Of a stretch of 64,000 nucleotides of DNA, positions 45,265-55,069 are shown piece by piece (within the stretch, counting starts at the first letter, position 1; every line of letters starts with the position of its first letter). This stretch comes from Candidatus Omnitrophota bacterium (GTDB lineage: Bacteria > Omnitrophota > Gorgyraeia > Zapsychrales > Fredricksoniimonadaceae). The notes under the pieces are model-generated. The model was not told the DNA's origin and ran no database searches. It saw only the letters and a program-made list of their open reading frames with translations. Position numbers and translations under genes: made by a program. The stretch is from positions 140,563 through 204,562 of the forward strand of contig JADFXH010000001.1 of assembly GCA_015233675.1 (NCBI GenBank), given 5' to 3'.

Positions 45265-46095
45265 TTATTTCAGTGCCTTCTTGGCCTTTAAGGACAAGAA
45301 ATTTTCCTTTGATACAACCTTCTCGCCAATTTGACGTTCAATATCCCTTCTGGTTCTTCCAGCAACAGCACCACCGTCTTTAGCGTCCTTCTTTAGGGCT
45401 GGAACGCCTTGCGAATCACGGTTTGTTGTTATCCGTGTTGTGGCGGCTTCTCCCAATATAGTGATAATAAGTTCTAAATCGGTCATATGGTCACGCAGGT
45501 TTTCCCTTTTCAAACCTTTGTGTTTCTTATGTTCGTCTACTTTAAGGTCAAACGCTCCTTGCATTATCTCATTAGTCAATATGGCATAGTCTTGGTCAGT
45601 ACCAGCACCACGTCCGTCCCATTCGTCAGTTAACTTTTGCCTGACGGCTATCCCACGCAGCCGCTTTTCAATCCATTCCTTTGGATATCCCTTCTTTTCG
45701 TAAAGTTCTTTGGTTCTCTGCATACCCAGTTCTGGGTTTTCGATTTCGTCCAGACGCTCTTTGCCGATACGTGCGAGCCAACGCTTGAATGGTTCTGCCT
45801 TTGGTGACGGTATAGACTGAATAATACGGAAGACACCCTCGGCATTGGCACAGTCTGTCGCATATTTCTTGCCGTCAGCAGCCTCCAATTTCAGTTGTCG
45901 ACAAAATGTCGACAACTCAACTTTGGCTTCTTCCGTTTCCCGAACCTTCATTTTATACCAGTAATCCCGTGGGTTATCGCTATCAGTAAGGACAGCGACT
46001 ATATCAATAACTGAAAACCACCACTCGTCATTAACCAAGACTCGCCGGATATTTCTGCCTTTGAAAACTGCTATCTTCGTGATTTCTGCTGACAT
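45265..46095 (-). CDS. BRO-N domain protein (phage antirepressor / DinD-like)
   Basis: IAVFKGRNIRRVLVNDEWWFSVIDIVAVLTDSDNPRDYW matches the Bro-N pattern. The start is placed at ATG 46095, with GGGAGG 5 nt upstream. Confidence 0.7.
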   Translation of the reverse strand: MSAEITKIAVFKGRNIRRVLVNDEWWFSVIDIVAVLTDSDNPRDYWYKMKVRETEEAKVELSTFCRQLKLEAADGKKYATDCANAEGVFRIIQSIPSPKAEPFKRWLARIGKERLDEIENPELGMQRTKELYEKKGYPKEWIEKRLRGIAVRQKLTDEWDGRGAGTDQDYAILTNEIMQGAFDLKVDEHKKHKGLKRENLRDHMTDLELIITILGEAATTRITTNRDSQGVPALKKDAKDGGAVAGRTRRDIERQIGEKVVSKENFLSLKAKKALK

Positions 46096-46147
46096 TGCAA
46101 CCTCCCTGGAAGACTTTGTCAAATTTATGTCATTATACGCCAGGCGT

Positions 46148-46501
46148 CTATAAACGCAATTTCTTTATGGCTCCACGGGGGTGGTATTTGTGCACAGTCT
46201 TCTTTAGTTCTGACGGGCATACACGTGTGTAAACTTCAGTGGACTTGACGCGGGCGTGCCCCAGAAGGTTCTGGATAATAGCAATGTCAGCACCGTTTGC
46301 CAGCAAGTGTGTCGCAAATGAGTGCCTTAATGAATGGGGCGTTATTTCTTTGCCCAGGTTCATTCGCTTGGAATACACCCGCAGAATGTAGAGCACGGTT
46401 TCTCGTGCCATTGCCTTGCCGTATTGGCTCAAGAACAGTGCCGTCTCATTGTGCTGGGCACGGGCTAACTTGGGTCTGTATGAAGAAAGGTTACCAAGGA
46501 A
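46148..46501 (-). pseudogene. Tyrosine recombinase/integrase, C-terminal ~117-codon remnant
   Basis: Carries ALFLSQYGKAM...ITPHSLRHSFATHLLANGADIAIIQNLLGHARVKSTEVYTRV, which includes the catalytic H-x-x-R, H and Y region. The frame is closed by TAA at 46502-46504 and no N-terminal domains are present. Confidence 0.75.
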
Positions 46502-46741
46502 TTAACTGTGGCGTGTTAAGGGTTGTCTTTATGACGCGTCAGGTACTGGGAGAACGGCAAGGATAGGGGAATTAGTGTGCAAGCCCCACAGAGAACTCAA
46601 ACCCTAAATCCCCAGAGCATTGCCGGAAGGTCTTTGACGCTTGCTCGCGGGTTTGTTGTTTGCCCTGTCCCCATTTTGGGGACTGTCCCCTTCTCTGAGG
46701 CGGGAAGGTGTTTTGGGGTGGACGGACGACTGGATTTGCAA

Positions 46742-47053
46742 TTAAAACAAACCGCCTTTTATCCACCAGAGTAACAACAAAACCACACATACAGCTATTA
46801 GAATCATTATGAAGTCTGTCTTTTTGGAATCTTGCTTAAACTCCGCCTGATTCTTTAATTCAAAGTCTTTGATAATAGCAACAGCTTTATCAAAAGACTC
46901 CTCGGGAACATATATGCTTATCAAAGCAGTATCAGCAAAGCTATACAAGCTGGTATTTATGGGCTTTTCTATTTTAGCCATTATACCTTCGTCAGATAAT
47001 ATTTTATCATACTGCCAAGAGACTTGTTTATAAAATTTTCCCAGTAACTTCAT
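46742..47053 (-). CDS. Small protein, DUF2007-like N-terminal fold plus C-terminal TM helix
   Basis: The 103-aa product has a beta-alpha pattern (ALISIYVPEESFDKAVAIIKDFE) and a tail of ILIAVCVVLLLLWW. The assignment is weak. Confidence 0.4.
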   Translation of the reverse strand: MKLLGKFYKQVSWQYDKILSDEGIMAKIEKPINTSLYSFADTALISIYVPEESFDKAVAIIKDFELKNQAEFKQDSKKTDFIMILIAVCVVLLLLWWIKGGLF

Positions 47054-47810
47054 ATTTAAATTTGTCTGATTTTTTCTTTAAGCTATCAAGAAATTTTGAA
47101 TCATTTCCATTAAATTTATACCCTAACGACTTTGCTTTTTTTATATCCTCCCATGCTTCTTTGTACTGTTCCAATTTAAAATAATCAAATGCACGTTTAA
47201 TATAGGTTTTTGAATAACTTGGATTTATTTCAATCGTTCTAGAATAATCGCTAATAGATTGAATAAAATTTTCTTGCTGTTGGTAAATTACACCTCGATT
47301 ATAAAATCCTTCTGCTTGATTTGGATCAATCTGAATGGATTTAGTAAAATCAAGAATCGCCTCGTTAAATTTACCTTTTATGCCATACGCAATTCCCCTA
47401 TTGCGATATACCCCTGCATCATTAGGATTTATTCTTATGGCTTGGGTAAAGTCAGCTATTGAACGATTTAAATTGTTCCGTTTTCTGTAAAGCACCCCTC
47501 GATTAAAATAAGCAACTGCAAGTTCCGAATCATACTGAATGGCTTTATTAAAATCTGACAAAGATTGAGAAAGGTTTAAAATATTTAAATTAGCCAACCC
47601 ACGATTGTTATATGCTTTTGCATATTGGGGGTTTATTTTTATGGCTTTGGTATAGTCAGAAATAGCCTCAATATAATGCTTGCGTTTGGACTCAAGATTG
47701 CCCTTATTATAGTAATCATCCGCTGTCGAGGCACCATAAACAATAGTGGTGAAGCCAAAGACCAAAACTAAACAACTGTTTCTCAATTTATTTTTGAACT
47801 CAACGTGCAT
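47028..47810 (-). CDS. Secreted tetratricopeptide (TPR) repeat protein
   Basis: It has at least six 34-aa repeats (AI.DY/FT.AI.INP..A.AY.NRG.AY). A signal peptide starts at ATG 47810. Confidence 0.8.
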   Translation of the reverse strand: MHVEFKNKLRNSCLVLVFGFTTIVYGASTADDYYNKGNLESKRKHYIEAISDYTKAIKINPQYAKAYNNRGLANLNILNLSQSLSDFNKAIQYDSELAVAYFNRGVLYRKRNNLNRSIADFTQAIRINPNDAGVYRNRGIAYGIKGKFNEAILDFTKSIQIDPNQAEGFYNRGVIYQQQENFIQSISDYSRTIEINPSYSKTYIKRAFDYFKLEQYKEAWEDIKKAKSLGYKFNGNDSKFLDSLKKKSDKFKYEVTGKIL

Positions 47811-48143
47811 TTTGAATCCATTGCTGATCGCCACAACTCACACCTCCACCACACGCCCTTACTGTTCCTGCATAGTGCGTGACATTTGGGTCATATAAAA
47901 CATGCTGTCCTGCCGCCGCTAACAAGCTAGGCATGTAATTAGAAGCCCCTTCTTTAACGGCCAATGCATCAATCTTTTCGAATCCAATTTTATCTAATGC
48001 TGTTAGTAAATCATTTGCAGATTCAACTAACTCTTTGTGACAATTAATAACATTTACAATTAGTTTTGAATTTGCGAGTTGTTCATCTAACGAAGGGGCT
48101 CCCCAACATTTTGTTTAGCCATTTCCCCCCGACTCTCCTCTTA

Positions 48144-48356
48144 TCAATTATTATCATTGCATCTCACCTTATGAATAAGCTCTTTTACCTTTTCTGTTTT
48201 TTCCAAAACACCCGAGTTCTTTGTCCAATCTTTTGATCCAGCCCTCAACAAACCTTCAAGTGCATTAACAAGCTCATCTTGAAAATAACAACCCGCCCTA
48301 AAGCCTTCTTGAAACGCCTGATCAGCTGGACTTCCTTCTCTAAATCGTGATTTCAT
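48144..48356 (-). CDS. Hypothetical small protein (70 aa)
   Basis: This is ORF evidence only. Confidence 0.3.
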   Translation of the reverse strand: MKSRFREGSPADQAFQEGFRAGCYFQDELVNALEGLLRAGSKDWTKNSGVLEKTEKVKELIHKVRCNDNN

Positions 48357-48668
48357 CTAACCACCTGACCTTCCATTATTTAGTTGACAATTAGTTAAAA
48401 TGGACTTCCCAAAATCTTCATCGTATTTACGCCTAACGAAATATTTATTGTATTATAAACCTGAACTCCGAATTAGAACAGCTAAGAACCATGTTTTTTC
48501 ATCGGGATATTCTTGTTTCCGCTGCCATTATCCCTCTATATTCTTATCAACTAACCGCCTTTGCTTAATTTTATAAAAACCATGCCGGAGACTGCAATAA
48601 TTTTGCTTTTAGGCACACACCTCTATTGCTGACCTTTCATGCCTGAGCTAAAATGGACTTTTTCAGCA

Positions 48669-49165
48669 CTACGCAGATAACATTTTCATCTGACAATACT
48701 TGAACCGTTCAAACACTTCATGCGTCACATTTATGATCTTACAAGAATATTTCCTGCCACTCCTGACAACCTTCCCGCACACATTAATAAATTGATACCT
48801 CATGATCTTGATTGTCCACACGACAGCGTCGGTGCATAAATAAAACAACTTCATAGCCTGCGCCATGTTATACGCCAATACACCTAAAAAAATACCCGCG
48901 GTTCTTCTCAAAATCATGGCTTGGCGTATAATCGCATCCATATCCTGTCTTTAATTCCTTATGTATCTGCTCAATAGTCCCCATACGCCCATTATGCATC
49001 GTAAGCCATTCCATCGGCTCAATGTCTCGCTAACCATCTTCTTAAACCCAAAATGCCTCAAACTATCAACCATCCACCCAAGCCCAATTTTACCCGTTAT
49101 CGTTTCTTCGCTCTTTTTTCGCTCTTTTTTAACTCGACTTTGTACAAATTATTTGCTATTTTCAT
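48669..49165 (-). pseudogene. Remnant of an IS4/IS1380-like DDE transposase (internal deletion and frameshifts)
   Basis: Fragments in three frames are visible. First, a 22-aa N-terminal stub with GGAGG upstream. Second, HNGRMGTIEQIHKELKTGYG (the E-x6-K part of the DDE signature). Third, GIFLGVLAYNMAQAMKLF...VVRSGRKYSCKI, a C-terminal end typical of these transposases. Confidence 0.6.
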
Positions 49166-49482
49166 CTTGCCTCCGTTTTTCACCCTTTGGGTGAACGTAA
49201 ATGATGTTCTCGCAAACACCATTTTACGTCGGAGGCATCTTTTTTTATTCTCTTTTATTGCTTTTCTAATTCGAAGCTAGGGTATAAATGATTATTTAGG
49301 AAGAATTAGAATGTAAAAAGAAAAAGAAAATTTTTAACCACCACTAAAACTAAGAATTCCAAGCCATATATTGGAAAATACCCTAATGCTCTTGTTTTGC
49401 TCATTAGTAAATTCAATCGTGCCAGTTACAGTCAAAATTTTTATTTTATTAGTGAATCCAAATAGCCTGCTAAGCTATTCGA

Positions 49483-50151
49483 TCAATCGCTGACCTGATA
49501 CTGGATCTGAATGTTGAAAGGATACTCGGTAAGATTCATGCCTTTTAAAAAAGCCGGGAACGGGCTGGCTTCCTTGAGGCTCCTGAGGGCAATCTCTTGC
49601 AGATGTTCTGACGCATCGGTTTTTTCCGGAATAATCTTTGCGGCTTTAAGAACCCCATGCTCATCTAACAAAAACGTCAAATAAACAGACCCCTTTTCCA
49701 TCCTGTCATAGTTCTGGTAAACCCTCTCCTTAATGCGGTCTCTGACCATTTCATTATACGCAGCATAAACGGGGTTATTTATTTTCTCCGACTGGATAGG
49801 CATAATGGAAATCCTGTGGCTTAAATCCATTGTACGCATATATTCCGGCTTGCGCTCATAGCGCATCCCAAAAGGCAGTATTGGTTTTTCTTTGACCATG
49901 CTCACAGGTATGGTCCCATCAGTAAAAAACTTCGTATTATTACTTAAGTCTAACTTCTGGACCGGCTTAATAGGATATTCTCGAATGTCGACTGATTTTT
50001 TATGAATAGCTTTATAGCTGATCTCAATACGATTCTGGCGCATGGCCCTATACTGCGGGTCATTCAACCTGCTAAAATAAACAGTACACACGAATGCCGT
50101 ATGAAGGGCCAATGAAATAAACAAAGCCTTAAAAATAAAATTTTCAGTCAT
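49483..50151 (-). CDS. TonB-family protein (C-terminal domain)
   Basis: It has one N-terminal TM helix and a C-terminal YPxxA-like block (GSVYLTFLLDEHGVLKAAKIIPEKTDASEHLQEIALRSLKEASPFPAF). The start is placed at ATG 50151. Confidence 0.5.
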   Translation of the reverse strand: MTENFIFKALFISLALHTAFVCTVYFSRLNDPQYRAMRQNRIEISYKAIHKKSVDIREYPIKPVQKLDLSNNTKFFTDGTIPVSMVKEKPILPFGMRYERKPEYMRTMDLSHRISIMPIQSEKINNPVYAAYNEMVRDRIKERVYQNYDRMEKGSVYLTFLLDEHGVLKAAKIIPEKTDASEHLQEIALRSLKEASPFPAFLKGMNLTEYPFNIQIQYQVSD

Positions 50152-50818
50152 TTTTCCGAAATAGTTCACGCCATAGATAGGCAATAAAACGAACGGTGTC
50201 ACGCACAGGCTGGATCTTGCTCACCTCATCCCTATAAATAGTTTGTATATCGACCGAAGCTATTTTAAACCCTTTTCTGCTGGATTTAATCAGGACCTCC
50301 GTCTCAATTTCAAAGTCAGAGCTTTCGAGCTTAATGGCTTGAAGTACCTTTGTTTTAATCAGCCGAAAACCGCATTGAGTGTCTGGAATAAACTGGCGGC
50401 AAAAAAGAGAAACCAACCAGGACATCAAACGGTTAGTGGCTAAACGCACCAGCGGCATACCTTGCGGATTGCCCATACGGTTTCCGCTGACAATATCTGC
50501 GTTTGTATTTTGACAACATGCCACAAATGCGGAAATATCTGACGGTGAATGCTGGCCGTCGCCATCCATGGCAATCAGGGCTTCATAACCATTCCTAATC
50601 ACATAATCAAAACCAACTTTTAAAGCTTTACCTTTGCCGCTTTTGCTCCCAGTTTTTAGAACCACCGCAAGAGATTTTCCCGCCACCTCACCGGTTTGAT
50701 CCACGGAGCCGTCATCAATCACGATGCAATCATAACCTAAGGCACGCACAGCCTCAACCAAGGGGCCAATGGTTTGCACTTCATTATGGGCAGGTATAAC
50801 AACGGCGATTTTCATCAT
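50144..50818 (-). CDS. Family 2 glycosyltransferase (polyprenyl-phosphate sugar synthase-like)
   Basis: Carries KIAVVIPAHNE, VIDDGSVDQT and AMDGDGQH motifs. The product is about 224 aa. Confidence 0.75.
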   Translation of the reverse strand: MMKIAVVIPAHNEVQTIGPLVEAVRALGYDCIVIDDGSVDQTGEVAGKSLAVVLKTGSKSGKGKALKVGFDYVIRNGYEALIAMDGDGQHSPSDISAFVACCQNTNADIVSGNRMGNPQGMPLVRLATNRLMSWLVSLFCRQFIPDTQCGFRLIKTKVLQAIKLESSDFEIETEVLIKSSRKGFKIASVDIQTIYRDEVSKIQPVRDTVRFIAYLWRELFRKND

Positions 50819-51675
50819 TGAGCAAACTCCCTGAACAGAAGCCACTGAGACGGGTTCTTCCTAATTTCAGCCTCAATGCACATCAAATATTTATAAATAT
50901 ACTCACTCGCCGTTTGGTGCGTGATTTTAGTGTCCGGCAATTGAGGGGGCTCAATAGGCGGATAAATATTAATCTCAAAATTATCCTTATCCTGACGAAT
51001 AAAAAAAATAGGGACAATAGGAGTCCCTGTTTTCAAAGAAAAAAAAGCCGCCCCCTTGGGAATCATTGTTTTCTGGCCTAAAAAATCCATCACTATCCCG
51101 CTTTTCCCAAAATCCCTGTCTCCCAAAATAGCGACTAGACGGTTTCTCTGAAGATGCTCAACGATTCGCCGGACCGCCACATCGGCTTGGATCACCATGC
51201 ATCCAAAAGCTTCCCTTTGTGTGTTAAACAAAGCATTGACCCGTTTATCCTTATGGGCTAAAGCCACAACAGACAACGGAAAACCCAAAATCGGCAATAT
51301 CGCCCCTCCCATTTCCCAATTACCAACATGCGCACTGACAAGAATAGCACCCTTGCCTTTTTGCAACACTTCGTTAAGGTATTCAATATTCTTAATATGG
51401 ACATTAGATTTGATAAACTCCGGGCGCAAACGCTTGGTCATGGTAAAAAACTCGAGCAGGTATTTACCAAAACCACGAAACACCGCGCGAACCTGGGCTT
51501 TAGGCACATGATCCGTCTTGGAAACTAATTTTAAATTATTTTCAACGGCTTGACGATCGGCCTTGGAAAAAAAATAATGCAGGTCACACAAAGCCATGAC
51601 CAAAGCATTGCTCACCCCCAAAGGCAAAATTCTTGCTAAAAACTTACCTATCCTATAAAGATAATAATTACCCAT
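50815..51675 (-). CDS. Lipid A biosynthesis (LpxL/HtrB-type) or lysophospholipid acyltransferase
   Basis: The 286-aa product has an N-terminal membrane anchor, an AHVGNWE motif (HX4D/E-type) and the family-typical length. Confidence 0.6.
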   Translation of the reverse strand: MGNYYLYRIGKFLARILPLGVSNALVMALCDLHYFFSKADRQAVENNLKLVSKTDHVPKAQVRAVFRGFGKYLLEFFTMTKRLRPEFIKSNVHIKNIEYLNEVLQKGKGAILVSAHVGNWEMGGAILPILGFPLSVVALAHKDKRVNALFNTQREAFGCMVIQADVAVRRIVEHLQRNRLVAILGDRDFGKSGIVMDFLGQKTMIPKGAAFFSLKTGTPIVPIFFIRQDKDNFEINIYPPIEPPQLPDTKITHQTASEYIYKYLMCIEAEIRKNPSQWLLFREFAQ

Positions 51676-51692
51676 ATTTTGAAAAAAGTTTG

Positions 51693-52823
51693 TTACAAAG
51701 ACCCGCTTAAAATTAATTTCGCAATATTTTCTGCGGCTTTTGGTTTACCGTTCTTTAAAGCCGCATGCTTCATCGCCGCCAATTGCTTTGGATTATTCAA
51801 TAATACATCAATCTCACGGGCAATATGCCGTTTATCATCCACTCGGATAGCAATGCCCTGATTGACCAAAAATTGAGAATTCCGTTCTTCCTGTCCGGGG
51901 ATAGGGTCAACGATCACCATAGGTAACCCTTTAGCCAGACATTCACTGGTTGTCATGCCACCGGGTTTGCTGACGATCAAAGTAGATACTTCCATCAGCT
52001 CATCCACATTGCTGGCATAATCATAAAAGATAATTCTTTTTGCCGTCTTACGCTGGGTTTTTTTAATCCAATTGACTAACTTGACATTTGTACCGCATAT
52101 AACAATGAGTTGTAAAGGCCGGTCCAGACGCACCAATGATTTGACCGCTTCTTTCATGGGTCCCAACCCTTGTCCCCCTCCCATAATCAAAATAGTCGGG
52201 ATATTTAAATCAAGCCCTAATTTCTTAGCAATATGAGACGATCCTTTATTCTCAGCAAATTTCATACGGATAGGAATCCCAAAAATTTTGATATGCTCCT
52301 TAGGGACCCCTTCTTTCACATAGCGATCAAGAGCCTCTTGGGACGGCACCACATAATAGTCCACGCCTTCATGTAGCCAATATAAATGCGGGGCGTAATC
52401 TGTCAGGACTCCAACGACGATCATGGGATGATTGTGGGTCTTTTTATAATCCGCGACCATCCCGCAGGGAAAAGCCTGGGTACAGACGACCACATCGGGC
52501 TTGAACTCGTCAATCAGGGGTTTAAGTTTTTTATGAGAAGATTTATGGATGGATTGTTTCCATTTTTCAGAAAACTTAATGACCTTCGGGTTATCATAAA
52601 GGTATTCCCAAATTTTGGGAACACGTTTGATCATTCCCATATAGGTGGTATTGATAACCTTTTCCATTAACGGATAGGTGTAACCAAATCCGTTGATACT
52701 CAAAACCTCACAATCAGGATCAAGGGATTTTAGGGATTTGGCGATCGCCACCGCACCCTGACGATGCCCGGAAACCTGGGAAATATACATTAATAAAACA
52801 CGCTTGTGCTTGATTTCCGTCAT
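51693..52823 (-). CDS. MGDG-synthase-like / GT28 diacylglycerol glycosyltransferase (UgtP-like)
   Basis: It starts KRVLLMYISQVSGHRQGAVAI. The C-terminal half carries SKPGGMTTSECLAKGLPMV, a GT28 C-terminal motif. Confidence 0.65.
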   Translation of the reverse strand: MTEIKHKRVLLMYISQVSGHRQGAVAIAKSLKSLDPDCEVLSINGFGYTYPLMEKVINTTYMGMIKRVPKIWEYLYDNPKVIKFSEKWKQSIHKSSHKKLKPLIDEFKPDVVVCTQAFPCGMVADYKKTHNHPMIVVGVLTDYAPHLYWLHEGVDYYVVPSQEALDRYVKEGVPKEHIKIFGIPIRMKFAENKGSSHIAKKLGLDLNIPTILIMGGGQGLGPMKEAVKSLVRLDRPLQLIVICGTNVKLVNWIKKTQRKTAKRIIFYDYASNVDELMEVSTLIVSKPGGMTTSECLAKGLPMVIVDPIPGQEERNSQFLVNQGIAIRVDDKRHIAREIDVLLNNPKQLAAMKHAALKNGKPKAAENIAKLILSGSL

Positions 52824-52826
52824 ATT

Positions 52827-53057
52827 TTACTCAATTGTCCCTAACACACAACCCACAAAAGCTTCCTGCCCATCAATGATGGAAATAGATTTAAGTTTCC
52901 CTGCAATCGGCGCCTCAATAATAAAAGATGCTTTATCTGTAACTGCCTCGCAGACTTCCTGTCCTTCTTGCAAGCTATCACCCACCTTCGCATGCCAGCA
53001 GGCAATCGTCGCTTTGGTGATCCCTTCGCCTAATTCAGGTAAAATAATTTCAGTCAT
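52827..53057 (-). CDS. Stand-alone lipoyl/biotinyl attachment domain protein (76 aa)
   Basis: MTEIILPELGEGITKATIACWHAKVGDSLQEGQEVCEAVTDKASFIIEAPIAGKL is an E2-type lipoyl domain with a DKA lysine. The start is placed at ATG 53057. Confidence 0.7.
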   Translation of the reverse strand: MTEIILPELGEGITKATIACWHAKVGDSLQEGQEVCEAVTDKASFIIEAPIAGKLKSISIIDGQEAFVGCVLGTIE

Positions 53058-53140
53058 AAATTCCGAGCCACCCGCCGCCACTTTTCTATTTCGCTCACAT
53101 TGGACGGATAAATAGCGGCTATTCATCCGTCCATGCAATA

Positions 53141-53788
53141 TCATTGAAAATACTTTTGAAACTGTTCAACTGCTTTAGTTTTAACATCCTTTATCAGCAC
53201 CGCATGGCCTTTTAGTTTTTGCATCGACGTCATGCGCACATTAAGACCGCAGGGCTTGATCAAATCAAATAGGGACAAATCCGTATTCACGTTAATCCCT
53301 AAACCGTGATACGTCACCCATTTACGAACTCCCACACCGATGGAAATAATTTTATCCGGCCCGACAAACACACCCCGTTGCCCTGGAATGCTTATTGCCA
53401 ATATACCAAAATTCTTCAATAAATCAACCGCAACTTCTTCAAGCATTTGCATATAAATTCTAAGATCTTTGCCGTGATTATTTAAATTAAAGATAGGATA
53501 AACAACCAATTGTCCCGGCGCATGTAAGGTCACATCCCCGCCACGATCGACGGTTGTGATCGTCACAGCGCGTTCTTCAATGTCTTTAGGTTGATAGAGT
53601 AAGCTGGCCTGATTGGTCATTCTTCCCAGTGTTATTGCAGGGGGATGTTCGCAAAGGATCAGGTGATCCTTTGCGCCTGCCGCGACTTTTCCAACGCACT
53701 GCATTTGACGTTCATAGCCATCAGCGTATTTAATCAATCCCCAATCTTCAACGATCATTGCCTGTCCCATGCTCTCCATACCGGGCAT
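53141..53788 (-). CDS. lipB: Lipoyl(octanoyl) transferase
   Basis: Carries RGGDVTLHAPGQLVVYPI, the KIISIGVGVRKWVTYHGLGINV block and PCGL. The product is 215 aa. Confidence 0.85.
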   Translation of the reverse strand: MPGMESMGQAMIVEDWGLIKYADGYERQMQCVGKVAAGAKDHLILCEHPPAITLGRMTNQASLLYQPKDIEERAVTITTVDRGGDVTLHAPGQLVVYPIFNLNNHGKDLRIYMQMLEEVAVDLLKNFGILAISIPGQRGVFVGPDKIISIGVGVRKWVTYHGLGINVNTDLSLFDLIKPCGLNVRMTSMQKLKGHAVLIKDVKTKAVEQFQKYFQ

Positions 53789-53920
53789 TTCGATCGCAGG
53801 TACGCTTATTATTCTTCATTCCAGACACGCATAGCTGCATCGGTTGCCTAATTAAAAAGCCGCCGGGATCGAATCCCAACGGCCTTCCCAATCATTCAAG
53901 CACATTACCCCCTTAAGGCA

Positions 53921-55009
53921 CTATAGCTTTTTACAAATCGCTTCTGCCATTTGCATGGTCCCGACAGCGCTAGGATCATTACGATCAGGCTTTAAATCAT
54001 AGGTTACAGACACACCTTCTTTTAAAACAATACGGACAGCATTGTCTAACCGATCAGCCGCGGCATCTTCTTTAAGGTGGCGTAACATCCAAACAGCGGA
54101 TAAAATTGTCGCGGTGGGATTGACTTTATTTTGACCGGCATATTTAGGCGCCGAACCGTGTACCGGTTCAAACAAAGCGATTTCTTCGCCATAATTAGCC
54201 CCCGGAGCAACTCCCAAACCGCCGACTAAACCGGCACACAAATCTGAAACAATATCCCCGTACAGATTGGGCAAGACAAGGCAATCATAAAGAACAGCCT
54301 TCTGAACTAACTGCATGCACATATTGTCCACAATGCAGTCGCTAAATTCAATTTTACCTTCGTATTCACGGGCCACGTCCCTGGCACATTGCAAAAAAAG
54401 ACCGTCGGTAAATTTCATAATATTGGCTTTATGAACCACCGTCATTTTTTTGCGGCCAAATTTGACCGCCCAATCAAAAGCAAATTTAACAATTCGTTTA
54501 GAAGCACTCACTGAAATCGGCTTGATGGAAATAGCCGAATCTTCTTTGACCTTTTTAGGCGATATCTCATTGATCAAGGCCCGCAGACGATTTACTTCAG
54601 GAGAGTTAAGATCAAACTCAATGCCGGCATACAAGTCCTCCGTATTTTCACGGAAGATCATTAAATTCACTTTTTTAATGGGAGTCTTGGTCCCCTCATA
54701 ATAAAAACAAGGGCGAACACAGGCAAACAAATCAAGAGACTGGCGCAACTGAACATTCACCGAACGAAAGCCTTTACCGATCGGTGTCGTAATAGGGCCT
54801 TTGATAGCAGTCTTGTTACGGCGAATGGATTCCAAAACTTCTTCCGGCAAAGGTTTTCCACATTTTTGAATAGACTTCTCACCGGCATCATGCACTTCCC
54901 AGTTAACTTTTACACCTGCAGCATCCACGCACATTCTCATGGCATTGGTTACTTCAGGACCAATACCATCTCCTGGGATTAACGTTACCGGATGCCCCAT
55001 ATTAGCCAA
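53921..55009 (-). CDS. icd: Isocitrate dehydrogenase, NAD-dependent type (isocitrate/isopropylmalate dehydrogenase family)
   Basis: Carries VTLIPGDGIGPEV, AIKGPITTPIGKGFRSVNVQLRQSLDLFACVRPC, NLYGDIVSDL and HGSAP motifs. Confidence 0.8.
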   Translation of the reverse strand: MANMGHPVTLIPGDGIGPEVTNAMRMCVDAAGVKVNWEVHDAGEKSIQKCGKPLPEEVLESIRRNKTAIKGPITTPIGKGFRSVNVQLRQSLDLFACVRPCFYYEGTKTPIKKVNLMIFRENTEDLYAGIEFDLNSPEVNRLRALINEISPKKVKEDSAISIKPISVSASKRIVKFAFDWAVKFGRKKMTVVHKANIMKFTDGLFLQCARDVAREYEGKIEFSDCIVDNMCMQLVQKAVLYDCLVLPNLYGDIVSDLCAGLVGGLGVAPGANYGEEIALFEPVHGSAPKYAGQNKVNPTATILSAVWMLRHLKEDAAADRLDNAVRIVLKEGVSVTYDLKPDRNDPSAVGTMQMAEAICKKL

Positions 55010-55069
55010 ACCCCTTCAATTTCTAAAACATTACTATCTTAAATCCCCTAAAAATCCAGTTCACTGTGC

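Noticed and set aside
46572-46790. Two overlapping 65-72-aa ORFs on opposite strands in the GC-richer spacer next to the integrase stub.
   Set aside because: They mutually overlap, have Arg/Gly/Pro-rich composition typical of non-coding GC-rich DNA, and show no start context. The region is more likely element debris.
47800-48105. A ~100-codon open frame on the minus strand upstream of the TPR gene (…VINCHKELVESANDLLTALDKIGFEKIDALAVKEGASNYMPSLLAAAGQHVLYDPNVTHYAGTVRACGGG…).
   Set aside because: It has no ATG/GTG/TTG start in frame until too late, and I recognise no motif. It is probably a gene fragment within the degraded island. I mention it under the island finding only.
48396-48660. A 12-bp direct repeat TAAAATGGACTT at 48396-48407 and 48649-48660, near the transposase remnant, considered as IS ends.
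   Set aside because: A 12-mer recurring within a few hundred bp is expected about once by chance in a window this size, and the repeats do not bracket a recognisable unit.
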